A DNA stretch of 64,000 bases from Amoebophrya sp. A120 (taxonomy: Eukaryota; Protista; Dinoflagellata). The translations under genes were made by a program, and so were the position numbers. The DNA is taken from positions 10,968,311-11,032,310 of the forward strand of contig CAJINV010000001.1 in assembly GCA_905178155.1 (NCBI GenBank), read 5' to 3'. The notes below the pieces were generated by a model. It was not told the DNA's origin, did not search any database, and saw nothing but the letters and a program-made list of their open reading frames with translations. This document shows positions 23,901 to 35,200 of this stretch, in pieces. How positions within the stretch are numbered: position 1 is the stretch's first letter; the number at the start of each line of letters is the position of its first letter.

Positions 23901-25360
23901 GGACGAGCTGACCGATATCGTGGTGATGTCGTCCGTGAGTCAGGAGGCGCTGGAGCACGCGTTAGGATCCGTCCAGAACATTTGGCTCGTGGCGGAAGGC
24001 GGCGTGAAATGGCGGCCAGCCAGAACGCGAAAGTGGTGCTCGCTCGTGGATGAAATCAATACAGAGTGGCTCTCCCCAGTAGAAGAAATCATCGAATACT
24101 TTGCCGACCGAACGCCCGGGAGCTGTGTCCACAAAACCGCCTGCTCCATATCTTGGTAAAGAGATAAGTAGTAGAACCGCCTTTTTTCTCCTCCATAGAA
24201 GCGCCTGCGTCCGCCTTGCGATTCTCCAATGAATATGAAAATAATGAGGTCCACCGAACCCGTAGTGCTAGTGGCACCGTGTGCTTTGCTTCGCAATAAA
24301 TGAAAATTACATCATAATAGTGAGTGAACAAGGAAGTAGCACTACACAAAGTTTCATTTTCAGGTCTCTGGCAGCCCCTGGCGGCCAGGGTTTGCAGATG
24401 GAAAAGTCAGGCGGTGTGAACCACGGGACCATTCAGAGCAAGGACTTGTTGATTCACTTGTGGGCAGGGCCTCTGCTTTCCACACCCGCTGAGGTGCTCG
24501 TCGGGTCGAACTCCGTGGAGGTTCGCTACGCCGACGTGTCCCGCAGTCAGCTCCTGCAGCGACTGTACCAGTGCGATCCCGCGGAATCACAGACGAATGC
24601 GAATTCTCCGCGGGAGCACCGAGCGGGGAGTGACGAACAGGATATGGAGGTGGAAATGGGCCAGGTGTTCAGCCCGAGGAGCGTCACTGCAGTCGGTGTA
24701 GTGTCGTCGCTGAAGATACCATCCGAGCAGGAACACCACGACGAAGAGTTTGATGGTTCCGACAAAGTCGCGCGAATAAATCTCGAAAGCGAGCAGGGGC
24801 CTGGCACGGAAGTAGCCGATGAGCTCGGGGGAGAAGATGCGGCAAATAAAGCTTCCCTCACGGAAGACGATGAGTTGCTCGAGCAGGCGAAGAGTCTTAA
24901 GATTTTGCGGGCGGGAGAAGCGCACTCCTTTGTGTTTGTCGCTGGCGATTTTCTGAGCAGAGACGAGGACGTTTTTCAGACGATTCGCCGTCTAACTGAC
25001 CCGAGCCAGAAAGAAGCGAACGAGGCAACCAAGGACCCGTCAAAGAACACCGAGCCAGTGCATGAAGACAACGCGGGTGAAGTAGCGGAAGATCAGGACG
25101 AAGCAAGCGCTTCGGGTCAGCCACAGTTAGCCGACCCAGTGGCCGCTGCGCATTGGGGACCGGACAAAGTTGGCGGCGACGAAAGCACACTCGACGATGA
25201 CATGATGCTGCCGCCACTGGATGGAGAGCCTGAGGATTACTACTTCTGTGGCTGCACGGTGGGCGAAAAGCCTTCGCGTGCCATGTTCCACCTGACGGAT
25301 TCTGATGATGTCGGCTTTCTGCTGGCGAAATTCGCCTACCATACTACGAGAAGTGTGTGA
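17923..25360 (+). CDS. Trehalose-6-phosphate synthase/phosphatase (GT20 + HAD)-like protein with long disordered N-terminus, 6 exons
   Basis: GT20 motifs VWVHDYPLMMLP, GFFLHSVFPSSEIYR, VILGVD..KKGIPHK|FLAYNKLLRD|HPAEW, YAVADVCLVTPLRD, GVLILSEFTGS, VNPWD. TPP-like part IVLGFSGTL..VAEGG..FADRTPGS..VEVR..FVAGD..DEDVF. GT-AG introns 19055-19219, 23562-23783 and 24155-24363, plus two element introns. Confidence 0.9.
22202..22463 (+). mobile_element. Introner/MITE-like intron element C (262 bp), same TIR family as B
   Basis: 32-bp TIR TATCAACTGTAAAAATGTCTGGGTCTGGAAGA / TCTTCCAGACCCAGACATTTTTACATTTGATA (1 mismatch). Duplication CAAGT (22197-22201, 22464-22468). In-frame TGA at 22237-22239. Confidence 0.95.
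22497..22731 (+). mobile_element. Introner/MITE-like intron element D (235 bp), TIR family related to A
   Basis: ~52-bp imperfect TIR TATGGCACTCTCAACTGTTACATTCTCAACTGTTACATGAATTTGTGATGCA / TGCATGACAAATCATATAGCAGTTGAGAATGTAACATTTGAGAACGCCATA. Duplication CGCGA (22492-22496, 22732-22736). In-frame TGA early in the element. Confidence 0.95.
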
Positions 25361-26509
25361 GCGTCAGTACTCTGAAGCTAAGTACCATCAACGTAAAAAA
25401 TGAAGACGAAGGCACGACAAAGCAGAAAAATTCGCACGTAAGAACGACTGTCATCATCATGGTGTTCCGCTCTTGAGAAAGGCCGGTAGATAGAAGTCAC
25501 TCTGTTCTGCTCCCTATAATACGCCTACGCCGATACTCATTTTCATGGCACCGGTTGTGGGATAGAAGGGCTGGTATTTGCGGAGGCGAAGCTAGCCGCA
25601 TACCAAAAGTTGAAACAGCCTCCAGCGCAAAAGCCCAGGAAGGTGGACAAGAACGGCCGGAGCCAGTTGATGACGATCGTGGCCACCGACCTCGCAGGCG
25701 TCGAGCTTTTGAGGGGGGCGGCAGCGCTCGCGAGCGCCCGGCCGCCCAAGACGGGGGGCCGGTGCTGGCCTTACCAACTTGCGACAGCACGGCGTCGCCC
25801 CTGGGGACACACCCACCGAGGGAAGGGACGCGCGGCCGTCCTTGCCGATATACGAGCCGGGGGCCGTACCTCCTGAGCTTTCCGAAGCGGCCCCGAAGGC
25901 CGGCGGGCGCCCCTCCGTTTGCATGGCGCCGGCGCTTTCGCCGGCGCTTGGAGCTTCCTCGGGGAGCTCTGTGTCGTGCCCCAGCTTCTGGGGGCGCTGC
26001 AGTTTGTGGGGCGTCGGCCGTTTCTGGGGACGGGCCAGCCCGCGCGCCCGTGCCCTCGCTTGATAGGTGGTCGGCGGGCGCCGCCCAGCCTACGCCCCTT
26101 GCGCGCCATTTGCCGGCGCTTTCGTTGTGGGCCGCGCCCTTGCTTCGAGAAAGATCGGCAGGGCCCGGCTTCGCCGTGCCCCCGCGACGGGATGCGGTGC
26201 GCTCTAGCTGGCGGCGCCGCCGCTGGTCTCTGCTCTTACAGCGGATCGGAGCCCACCGGGGCGGGGCGCTGCCAGCTAGCTCCCCCGCCCCCGGCCCCGC
26301 GTGCTCCCGCGATCGCGATGGCCCGGGCCCCTTCTGCGTTGGCCTTCGCCCGCTACGACGCGGCGGCCCTCGTGGAGTATGTGCTAGATGCGGCAACGGT
26401 AGGTGGGGGCAAAGCGAAGAAGCAGCCGTGGGAGCGCCTTGGCAACGGCCCGGCTTTATTTAAGCGGGCCCGCCTTGCCCAGTCTGCGGGCCGGGCGGGC
26501 CGCGGGGCG

Positions 26510-27962
26510 TCAGTTAGAGGGTAGCAGGGCCATTTCCTTTGCTAAAAAGTGGCTAAATTTTTCGGGATTTTTTCGAAGCGCGTCGACCGAGGCTCTGCAT
26601 TAGCCTGACCGGCGGAGCCCCGCCCTCGCAAGTGGTGCGCCGCTTCCTTTGTCTGGCCCGCCTCGCTTTGTTTTGCTTCTTTGTTTCGGTGGGCCATAGG
26701 GGCGGCGGGTTCGCTGTGTTGTCTGTTGCCGCCGGGTGTTTTGTATTTGCTAGCGGGCTATGTTTTGCAGTTTAGATGTTTGCCCCGCTTTCTCTTGGGG
26801 TGCGGAGCCTTACAATTTTGGCCCATTTCCGTTTGGCGGTGCGCCGGGTATTTTGCGTCGCGCAAAGCACCCGGCATATCGGGCATGTGTTTGCAGGTGC
26901 TGAGCGCAACCTCTGGTCGGGCGTGTTTGGGTTTGTTTGTGTTGTCATCTCGAAAAGCCGCGGCGGGCGGTTTTTGTGGTGGTGCTCTGTGTCGCGCCGT
27001 GTGGCGTGTTATTTCTCTTCTTCAGGCGAAGACGGCCGCCGCCCCTTTTTTTTCCTTTGTGTTCGGCTTTGGAATTTTAGAAACCAAGACGCCCGGGTCC
27101 TTTCAAATTTGCGGAAATCAGTGTCCTCTCCTCGGCTAAATTTTCGGCTAAATCGGCTGACTTTTTTTTCCTTCCCGAATTCCCTGTGGTTCCGCATTTT
27201 GCCGCCGGCTAAATTCGGCATCGCCGGGATTTCCGGAGTGAATCCCGGAAAATTTAGCCAAGATTTAGCCGACCGATTTAGCCGCATAGATTTAGCCGAC
27301 CGATTTAGCCGACCGATTTAGCCGCATAGATTTAGCCGACCGATTTAGCCGGCCGATTTAGCCGGCCGATTTAGCCGACCGATTTAGCCGGCCGATTTAG
27401 CCGACCGATTTAGCCGACCGATTTAGCCGACCGATTTAGCCGGCCGATTTAGCCGGCCGATTTAGCCGACCGATTTAGCCGGCCGATTTAGCCGGCCGAT
27501 TTAGCCGGCCGATTTAGCCGACCGATTTAGCCGGGATTTAGCCGACCGATTTAGCCGATCGCGGAAGTGTAGCAGGGAGATGCAGAAACCCGCTGCGGAT
27601 GGGATGTGGGCCAGCCCATAGATATCCGGGACCCGCGCAGACTTTCGCCGGCCCCGGCTTCCGTTGGTTTGGGTTTGTTTATCTTGGGCCCGAAGGTTTC
27701 CTTCTTCCGGTATTTCCATTCATATTTCCCATTGGGCGTGGGGTTTCGCATGGTTCCGCGCGTGGTCCATCCGGGCCGCCACGCAACAATCGCAGGAAGC
27801 CCCTTGGGGTTTTTGTTTTCTTCTACCCGCGCCGCGCTGGCTTTCTCTTTTCCTCCGGCGGCAGCGCCGTCGGGGCCGCTTCTGCTTGCCCGGACTTTTA
27901 AAAAATCCCGAAAAAATTAGCCAAAAAATAGCGCGCGAAGTCGCCCCAAACCCTCCAACTGA
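26510..27962. mobile_element. Non-autonomous TIR DNA element (1453 bp) with 6-bp target duplication
   Basis: Left end TCAGTTAGAGGGT..GCTA..TGGCTAAATTTTTCGGGATTTTTT and right end AAAAAATCCCGAAAAAATTAGCCA..TAGC..ACCCTCCAACTGA form an imperfect TIR of ~65 bp. GGGGCG flanks both sides (26504-26509, 27963-27968). No transposase ORF seen. Confidence 0.8.
27262..27560 (+). repeat. 13-bp minisatellite GATTTAGCCG(A/G)CC, about 23 copies
   Basis: Directly visible tandem array with GACC/GGCC/GCATA variants. Inverted copies of the unit (CGGCTAAAT) lie at ~27133-27152 and ~27206-27214. Confidence 0.97.
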
Positions 27963-28637
27963 GGGGCGCAGTGGCGGCCCTTGGCGGCGGCCCCGTGCGC
28001 CATGGCAAGCGCCCGCGGCGCCTTGCGCAGTAAAATAAGCGCGTGCCGTGCGGAGGAAGGCGCGGGCGCGGCCTTTGTTGCAGCCTGTCCGTGCGCCCTC
28101 CCGCACGCGGCGCAGGCAAGGGCGCCGCCAGTGTCTTGTGCCGGCCCGCCGCGCCACGCACGTCTTTCTTAGCAAAAGAGGCGCGGCCGCACTTGCCAAT
28201 TGGCGGCGCGGCCGAGCCGGCGCAGTAGTTGGCGGAAATGATAGGCCAGAGGGCGTGGTCGTGGCGGCTGGAATGCCTGCCTACGCAGCCCGGTTAATTT
28301 GCATGCGCCTGGCGGGGCATTTACTGCCTTCGGAGCCATGTCGTATTGTGCAAACAAGTAAAAGTATGCCGCCTGTATTTTTGCGAAAGCTAGCAAAGAG
28401 CACACGCCGGATGCAATAGACGGCCGGCCGGCCACTTGTTTCGTCCTAAGGGGAGATCGGAATGAAGTGCGCCCCTTTGCCATTTGGGTGCCGTTCGTGG
28501 CATGTCCCTCGCCCGAGTGTTCTTTCTGTAGCAAGTTCTTCTCCGGTCTTCCCCCCCTCTCATTTTCTCGTTTGAAGCCATGCAAAACCAAAAACTCTTT
28601 CTTGGGCGAAGTTCCTTTCGAAAGTAATACTTACAAG

Positions 28638-29844
28638 ATGGGGGCTTTCCGACGTGCCGTTTTTTTCTTGCCAGTTGTGGCGCTGGCCGCTGCAAGCAAC
28701 CCGAGCGCGGAAGAGCACTCTCTTCCTGTGACCAGTGCCGCACCTACGTATTTCGGCACCGGCCCCATCACCGATGCGGCCACTGAAGGCAACAATTTTC
28801 TGAACTGGAAGCGAGACACCTCTTTCGAGTCCGTGACAACCATGGCTTCCGAGCGAGATTCACTACTCCCGGGAACGCACGGAAGTTCCGGGGATCTTGT
28901 CCTTGGCCTAAACAAGTCGGGATCTTCTGTGTCGGTTGTGCGCCGTGGAATGGGTTCGGCCGACAAACCGAAACCGTCCGGGATGCTCTTGCCCATGCGT
29001 ACGCCGTCCATCACCTCCTCCTGCTCCACAGCATGCAGCAAAGACGTGCCTGAATGGGAGTCGGTTTCTTCGAATGAGCTGATGAAGCAGGTAGCGGCCA
29101 CAGATTGTTTTGCATTACAGTTAGATGATCAGCAGGTACCAGGGCGGAAAAAAAAATGTAAAAAGTTAGGACCCGTGAACGCGTTTCAGTTGTGTTTTTC
29201 CCTTAGATTTACATTTACTTTGAATTCGATTCGATGCGGGTGCCTGTTTCTCCCATCAGGTTTCTCACGCGGCCACCGCACGGCCGACCAAATTAGCTGT
29301 GCCGCCGCTCCGGAAAAGGTCTCAGAGCTACCTGGCCATCGTCCGGCCGCGCAGCCTGGAAGCGACTCCAGACTCCCCGGAAATCGAGGAGACGAAGGAA
29401 AGTCGCCAGGTGTTCTCCCTGGCGTCTCCGACTTCCACATTGGCGTGGGAAGGCCGTTCGTACGCGAAGGAGTATTGACTCGTTTTCCTATGTATCGTTA
29501 TTTCCCATTGCTCTTGCACGGTATGTCTATGTGTACGTCTACTAGGTCTACTCTGCGACTTGTTGCTAGGTCCGCGTTGATGCAGATGAATCTAGGCACT
29601 GGAGGCACCAAGCGCGCATAACAACTGATATAAAGTTTCAATTTTGTTTTGGTATACCAGCATGGCTCTCCCTTCCCATTTCACCAGGCCCGCTTCATCC
29701 TCTTCCCAGACCAATTTGGTGCCCTCGTTGTTCCAAATTGCGCCGGCCAAGCAGCACCACAAAGCGTCTTCATCGAACCAGCTACTGACACCGTCCGCCC
29801 CGCGCAGAATGGGTCACTTTAAGGTTTGGGGTCGTGATGCATAA
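28638..29844 (+). CDS. Hypothetical secreted Ser-rich protein, 3 exons
   Basis: Signal-peptide-like MGAFRRAVFFLPVVALAAAS. Phase-compatible GT-AG introns 29135-29259 and 29472-29687. Confidence 0.6.
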
Positions 29845-31114
29845 CTCGTACGTACCAGAACGGGAAATGTGGAAAAATTAAAATGCATCAAGCGCATGCA
29901 TACGTTTACGTATGCGTTGTAAGTTAGTAGTTGTCCTCGTTTCATCTTTGCTCCACTTCATGCAGTAACTAAGTGCTATGCTTTTGTTGATTATTTCAAG
30001 TAGATCATTATCCATGAACATGATGCAACTGCTCATCGCGCGTTGCGGGTGGACGCGACGCTTTCCTTCTGCATGATTATCAGCGTTAACATGGTTTATG
30101 GTTTCGAACGGTGATGGCATTTAAAGGAGCAGCTTATTCTTTTTCAGAACAAGCCCAACAAGAGAAACTCTCCACATCAGCTCCTCTTCTGTATTTGTCA
30201 AAAAACAAAAAGCTCCCGTAGAAAAACTACCGCACGCCGCTTCTGTGAGCTTGATAGATGAAGCCGTCGCTCTGTCGCTAAACCTAAATTTGTGCACCAT
30301 TGAGCGATCTTTATACACCTTGAACGCGAAACCGAAACCAAAAAACTTTCCAAATTTTCTTTTGAGTTTGAATGCGTAAATGTCGAAAGAATGACCCTGC
30401 TTCTGCTTCTGGTAGACAATCTTTTAGAAGGCCAAGCGACACAATTCAATTTTAGAAGGCCAAGCGACACAACCGTATTTGCAATCGACTGCAAGCTGAG
30501 AGAGATGCACTTGCTTATACTTACCAAACGACGCACTGTCTGATCTTGATCTTTGTTTGCTACTGCTACATGTAGGAGCAAGACTTCTCGAATGAACTTC
30601 CTTTGTACTTTTGCCAAGCTTTCAAAATCTATCTGTGAATGAGCTTAGCATTTTTGAGGCGACAAATGTCTGAAGTTTAATCTGCAGCCTCTCTTTCCGT
30701 AACCCCGAAACCCGATGGAAAAGACCTTTCTGCTCTTTCTGTAAGAAATGCTTTGCACAAAAAGATTCCGGACCAGACGTTAGGTTGTTTGACCCTCAAC
30801 TCTCGCAACACAAAAAAGTTTTTCGGCCGCGATAAGAGCCAATCCTTTGTTCATCCCGCTCGAGATTTTTTTTTACGTAGAAATGACCGACCACCCAAAA
30901 ACAGTCACTCCGCTCTCCTCTACGGGTATATATTGACGCACAGAAAATTTAAGTAATCAACTATATTGCAATATCCGGCGGGCGGGAGTGCGTCTTTGAC
31001 CGATCGTCGCGAGGCAGCATCACAACCAAAATGACTTTTGCCTAGCTTGTACTAGCAGTATTAAGTAGGTTGAATGCAGCACGCAAAAAGTAGTACACAT
31101 ACGAAAAGGAATCC

Positions 31115-31366
31115 ATGTCTTCAGTCGAGAACGCCTCGGTCGAGAAGCCGGGCGGGCGAACCCGACGGCCGCGAGAGGAGGAGGGAGAGGACTCGGACGA
31201 CGCTGCGCGCGGAAAACCCTGCATTTATTGCAGCAAGAATCCCATCGAATTTCGGACCGTTCCCTGCGGTCATGCAGTGTCCTGTCGAAAATGCGCCATG
31301 CGGTTGGCCACTGGGGGAAAATGCAAGAAGTGCGGCGTTCTGTTTGCTTCCTGGGAGCGCTTATGA
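31115..31366 (+). CDS. Small RING-finger (C3HC4) protein
   Basis: CIYC..PCGH..CRKC..CKKC ligand pattern in an 83-aa ORF. Confidence 0.85.
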   Translation: MSSVENASVEKPGGRTRRPREEEGEDSDDAARGKPCIYCSKNPIEFRTVPCGHAVSCRKCAMRLATGGKCKKCGVLFASWERL

Positions 31367-32280
31367 TTGCATCTTATCGGAGACACGTACTACGAGTAAG
31401 TCCCGTTTTATTGCGACGCAGAGTCGAAACATCCAACGTGTAGCTGATATGTCACGTATTATACCGCAGCTCGTGCTCGAGCTCCGCCCACACTATTGCA
31501 AAATCATTTGCTGACACCTGGCTGAAAGAAAGCTTTCGACCCTTGTTGTCATGGACGCAGAAGTATGTTCGTCTCTTCTGAAAAAGAAATATTTGAGTCG
31601 CCATCGCAGAAAAAGTGCTCAAAGAGGTTCGGTTTTCCACCGTCGTTCGTGCGTGCCCACATCTTACGAAGAAAAAAGCGCTGTCGGTTTTAGAGAAAGT
31701 CCAAGTCGTTCAATAAAGCACCAGCAGCGGTGACTTCTGCAAGGACTTCTGTTATCGTAGTTGCAATCACTTACACTTTCGTGCAAACTTGTATTGCTTG
31801 TGATTCTGTAATCTGTTTCAACGTTAGCATCGGTACTATCGTCCACATCCCTGCATCGTCTCGTTCGTACAGCGCCGCACTCTACCAGCGCATGACTCAA
31901 TTCATATCGGTCGACGTCCACGTTACCAGGCGTGTTGTGCCACCGTGCATCTTGATCGTGTGCGTGTCGTCGCTTCGTTATTCTGGCCTACAACTTTGTA
32001 TTCAACTGGAAAATTTTCAATGTCAATAAACCTTTTCCAGCTTTCCTAAGCGAACGACCCAACGTAGACATTTCATTCTCACTGTTTAAACCTTTATTCG
32101 AACAAACCAGTAACACCCGCTCGTACCAACTATTTAAGTTACCCTTTTTCTGGAATCCCCACGAAGATCGTCGAATTGGCTTCTATGGCAAGAAGAACGA
32201 CCTGCAGCTGTCCTATTTCGACGTTTTAGGGACTTGCACTCGTTTTCCCGTCCCAAAACCCGACGGAACCACACAACAAC

Positions 32281-35200
32281 ATGTTGCGGTCACCAAAAAA
32301 AGGTAACAAGTCCATCATCGGCCGCGACCTGCCACAGGCCCGTGATTCAAGAGAAAACGGAAAGCCGCGGTCCACGGCACCGGATAGGAAAAAGAACGAG
32401 ATGGGTGGAGTCTTCAAGTTTTACACCGAGGAGTATCGCTTCGAACGGGCCACGTCAGGATCAGAAAGATCGGCCGCTGGACCGAATTTTGAGAACGAGG
32501 GCAGCCCAAGCTCTTCGAGCAGATCGAGGCCAATTGAGGAGTCTAGTATTCCGGAAGAGGACCTTAGTAGTGAAGGTGTTGCAGTTGCTCACGATCAACA
32601 TGCGCCCAGCAGTCTCTCCGGATCTGTAGGAAGTTTGGATAGCGCCGGCATTCCAGAACATGATGCCCCCTCAGAGCCAGAAGTTGGCGGCTTTTCCGCA
32701 ACAACACTCTTCTACGAGGAGATGCCTGCGGCGCAGAAGTTACTTAGCCGCTCCGAACTGCAGAAGAAGACGCAGCGCACCCAGGATGCTTCGGAGTCCT
32801 TCGTGCAGTCGCAGCAAGGTTCCACCGCTCCTGCGCCGGCGTTGAAGGCCCCGGCGGTGCCGAAAATTTTGGTCAAGGAAGCGGCGAACTTCGCGCCGAA
32901 AAGCTCAAACAGCGTGAGCGCGCCCGGTCGACCGGGCTTGCTCGCTGCTCCGAAAAATACAACTTCGCTGGGCGCATCGCTGCAATCGCTCCCCCCTAAA
33001 AATAAGCCCAGCAGCAAGTCCCCCGCGAGCGCGGCGTATCAGGCACTCCCAAAGAAAACCGGAACAGCAGCTGGCAACTACGAGGAACCGCGGTCCCGAT
33101 CCGGATCGGCCCCAAAGGCAAAGACGGCGACTTCGTCCTCCGCAAAAACGACTTCCGCGTCTGCCGCGTCGAGAAAGGCCGGGCAGCCCACGACCGCGGG
33201 AAAAGGTACAACGACCACAGCTTCCGCCCCGGCCAGCCGTTCGATCACCGCGCCGCCGCCACCATCTATTCAAGGCGGAGGCAAGGGAACATCAATCAAG
33301 GGCAAGGAAGCAACGCTGTTGGCCGTGACCCAGCGGGACGCCACGACGATACAGCAAACGCAGGTCGACCTCCACCCCGGCCTCGTCGAGCTCAAGGTTG
33401 CGGACGAGGTAGGCGAGGTGCTGGACATCACAGAGGATACGCCGAAGATTATCAACCGCGACACGGGGCGGACGACGGAGAAGATCTTGCGCAGCGACGG
33501 CACCATCATTGAGAAGGAGATGAAGGCGGGGGAGGTGCTAAACCAGGCAGGGCAGAAGGTCGTGATTCCGATTGTGGACACCATGGCGGACATTACGCAG
33601 CAGGTCGGCATTGGCGGCAAGCAGATCATCAAGGTTGCTGACCGCGAGAAGCTCGGCGTCGGCGTGAACGGAAGCACCGTTGTGGCCGTGGATTTGGGCG
33701 GTACCGCGCACGCCGCGGGCATCTACCCCGGCGACGAAATCACGGCGGTGGCGGGGAAGCCCGCGGCCCAGGTTTCGGGCCAGCTGATGTCGGCCCCCGT
33801 GCCGTTCGAGATCGAGATCCAACGCAAGGCCGTGGCGATCACCGTCTTCCCGGAGGACAAGTTCAGCGAGGTCACCTTCAAGAGCGGGGGCGTGGTGTCC
33901 GCGTCGGGGTCCTTTAGCGGTTTGAATCCGGGCGACCAGATCTTCTCGCTGGGCGGCCGCGACGATTTTCCGCGGATGTCCACCAGCGAGCGCAACGCGT
34001 TCGTCGCGGGCGTGATGGCTAAGAAGCAAAACAGTTTCGTCATGTACGTGGTAAAGACGGATGAAAAGCCGGCGCATAAGAACGAATTTGCGAAACCCAT
34101 GCCGATGCCGCAGAGGGATCGCTCGTCGACCGAGGGTCTCTCCGCCCCGCAGCGCCCGGCCGGAATAAAGATGCCGCGTGCCGAGGGGGAGGCGCAACCG
34201 CTGGCGAAGATGAAGGCGGAGGGCGACGCGAATTACGTGCGCAACGTTGACGGCCACTGGAAGGCGCCGTCTGTGGTGGTGATGGAGGGAGGATTGCTCA
34301 AGGAGGCTGACGAAGGTGACGCGGAGATGGTGAAGAAGCTGGAGGCGTTTCGCGAGCGCCAGGACCAGGCGCTGCGCGGCAAGAAGCCGCACGGCGCGGT
34401 CGATCCGCGCACCATGGACCTCCGCGAGCGGCCGGCGGACGAAGACGAGATTTTCAGTCTGATTGACGGCAAAAACCCGTTTGCGAATATGATTCCCGAG
34501 GGTGTGGTAAAGTCCACTTCGTACAAGTTCATGGGGGGCGGCGGGCGCGGGTCCGTGGATCACGATGACCAAGTGTCGAAGAACCTGTTCAATGTGACTT
34601 TGAAGAAAACTCCGCAACGCGAAACTCCGGCCACGCCGGAATCTTCGCCCATGTACAGTTCACCCTTCGGGCCCGGGGCCGACCATTTGCACAAGAAGTT
34701 TTTCGGCGAGGACCGAGGCGAGTTAGACGACTCGGCGCCAGAGCCGGATTCGCCGCCTCGCGCGAGCACGCGTGCGAGCCAGCGCGCGAGCCAGGGCCCG
34801 ACCCAGCAACGCGCGAGTCAGCTGGGTCGTCCATCCCAGCGCGCGAGTCAGCGCGCCAGCCAGCGGGGCGCGGGAGGTGACGCAGGCGACGTCGACCTGG
34901 GTGCGCCGGCAGATTCGGATGAGCCAGTGGGTCAAGACGACGTTCTTGCGCCTGCGGACTCGGATGAGCCGGCGGCGGCCGGGGATGTGGACCCGGATGA
35001 GGAGGTGATCCTCGGCGACCCGGGAAGCAGGGCAGACGTGCTCCTGAATTCCGAGCGCCGAAGTAAGTTTTCTAGTGTGAAGCAGCCGTCTATCCCGTTG
35101 GACGACCGGCCTCCGTCGAAGAAGTCCGGGGCCAGCAACGCCTCTGGCAAGAAATCCGGAACCATGATGGATCAGGAACTCTTTCCGGACATGGGTATGG

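Larger units (their letters stand above)
25590..28470. other. GC-rich decayed region (probable transposon or pseudogene relic) hosting a nested TIR element
   Basis: Abrupt shift to GGC/GCC/CCG-rich composition with Ala/Arg/Gly/Pro-biased ORFs in several frames and no recognisable domain. Boundaries approximate. Confidence 0.5.

Noticed and set aside
25543-25749. Minus-strand peptide INWLRPFL resembling a reverse-transcriptase thumb motif
   Set aside because: Isolated short match with no YxDD or other RT motifs nearby.
27262-27560. Array as CRISPR or telomeric repeat
   Set aside because: There are no unique spacers or cas genes. The unit is 13 bp with TTTAGCC rather than TTTAGGG, and it lies inside a TIR element.
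30422-30472. 23-bp direct repeat TTTTAGAAGGCCAAGCGACACAA (two copies, 28-bp period) and surrounding minus-strand ORFs
   Set aside because: A single local duplication in AT-rich DNA, with no supportable gene or element.
30517-30530. ATACTTACC resembling the U1 snRNA 5' end; also looked for spliced-leader relics, tRNA and rRNA
   Set aside because: The match does not continue (no CTGG or U1 stem-loops). No convincing structural RNA gene was seen by eye in the window.
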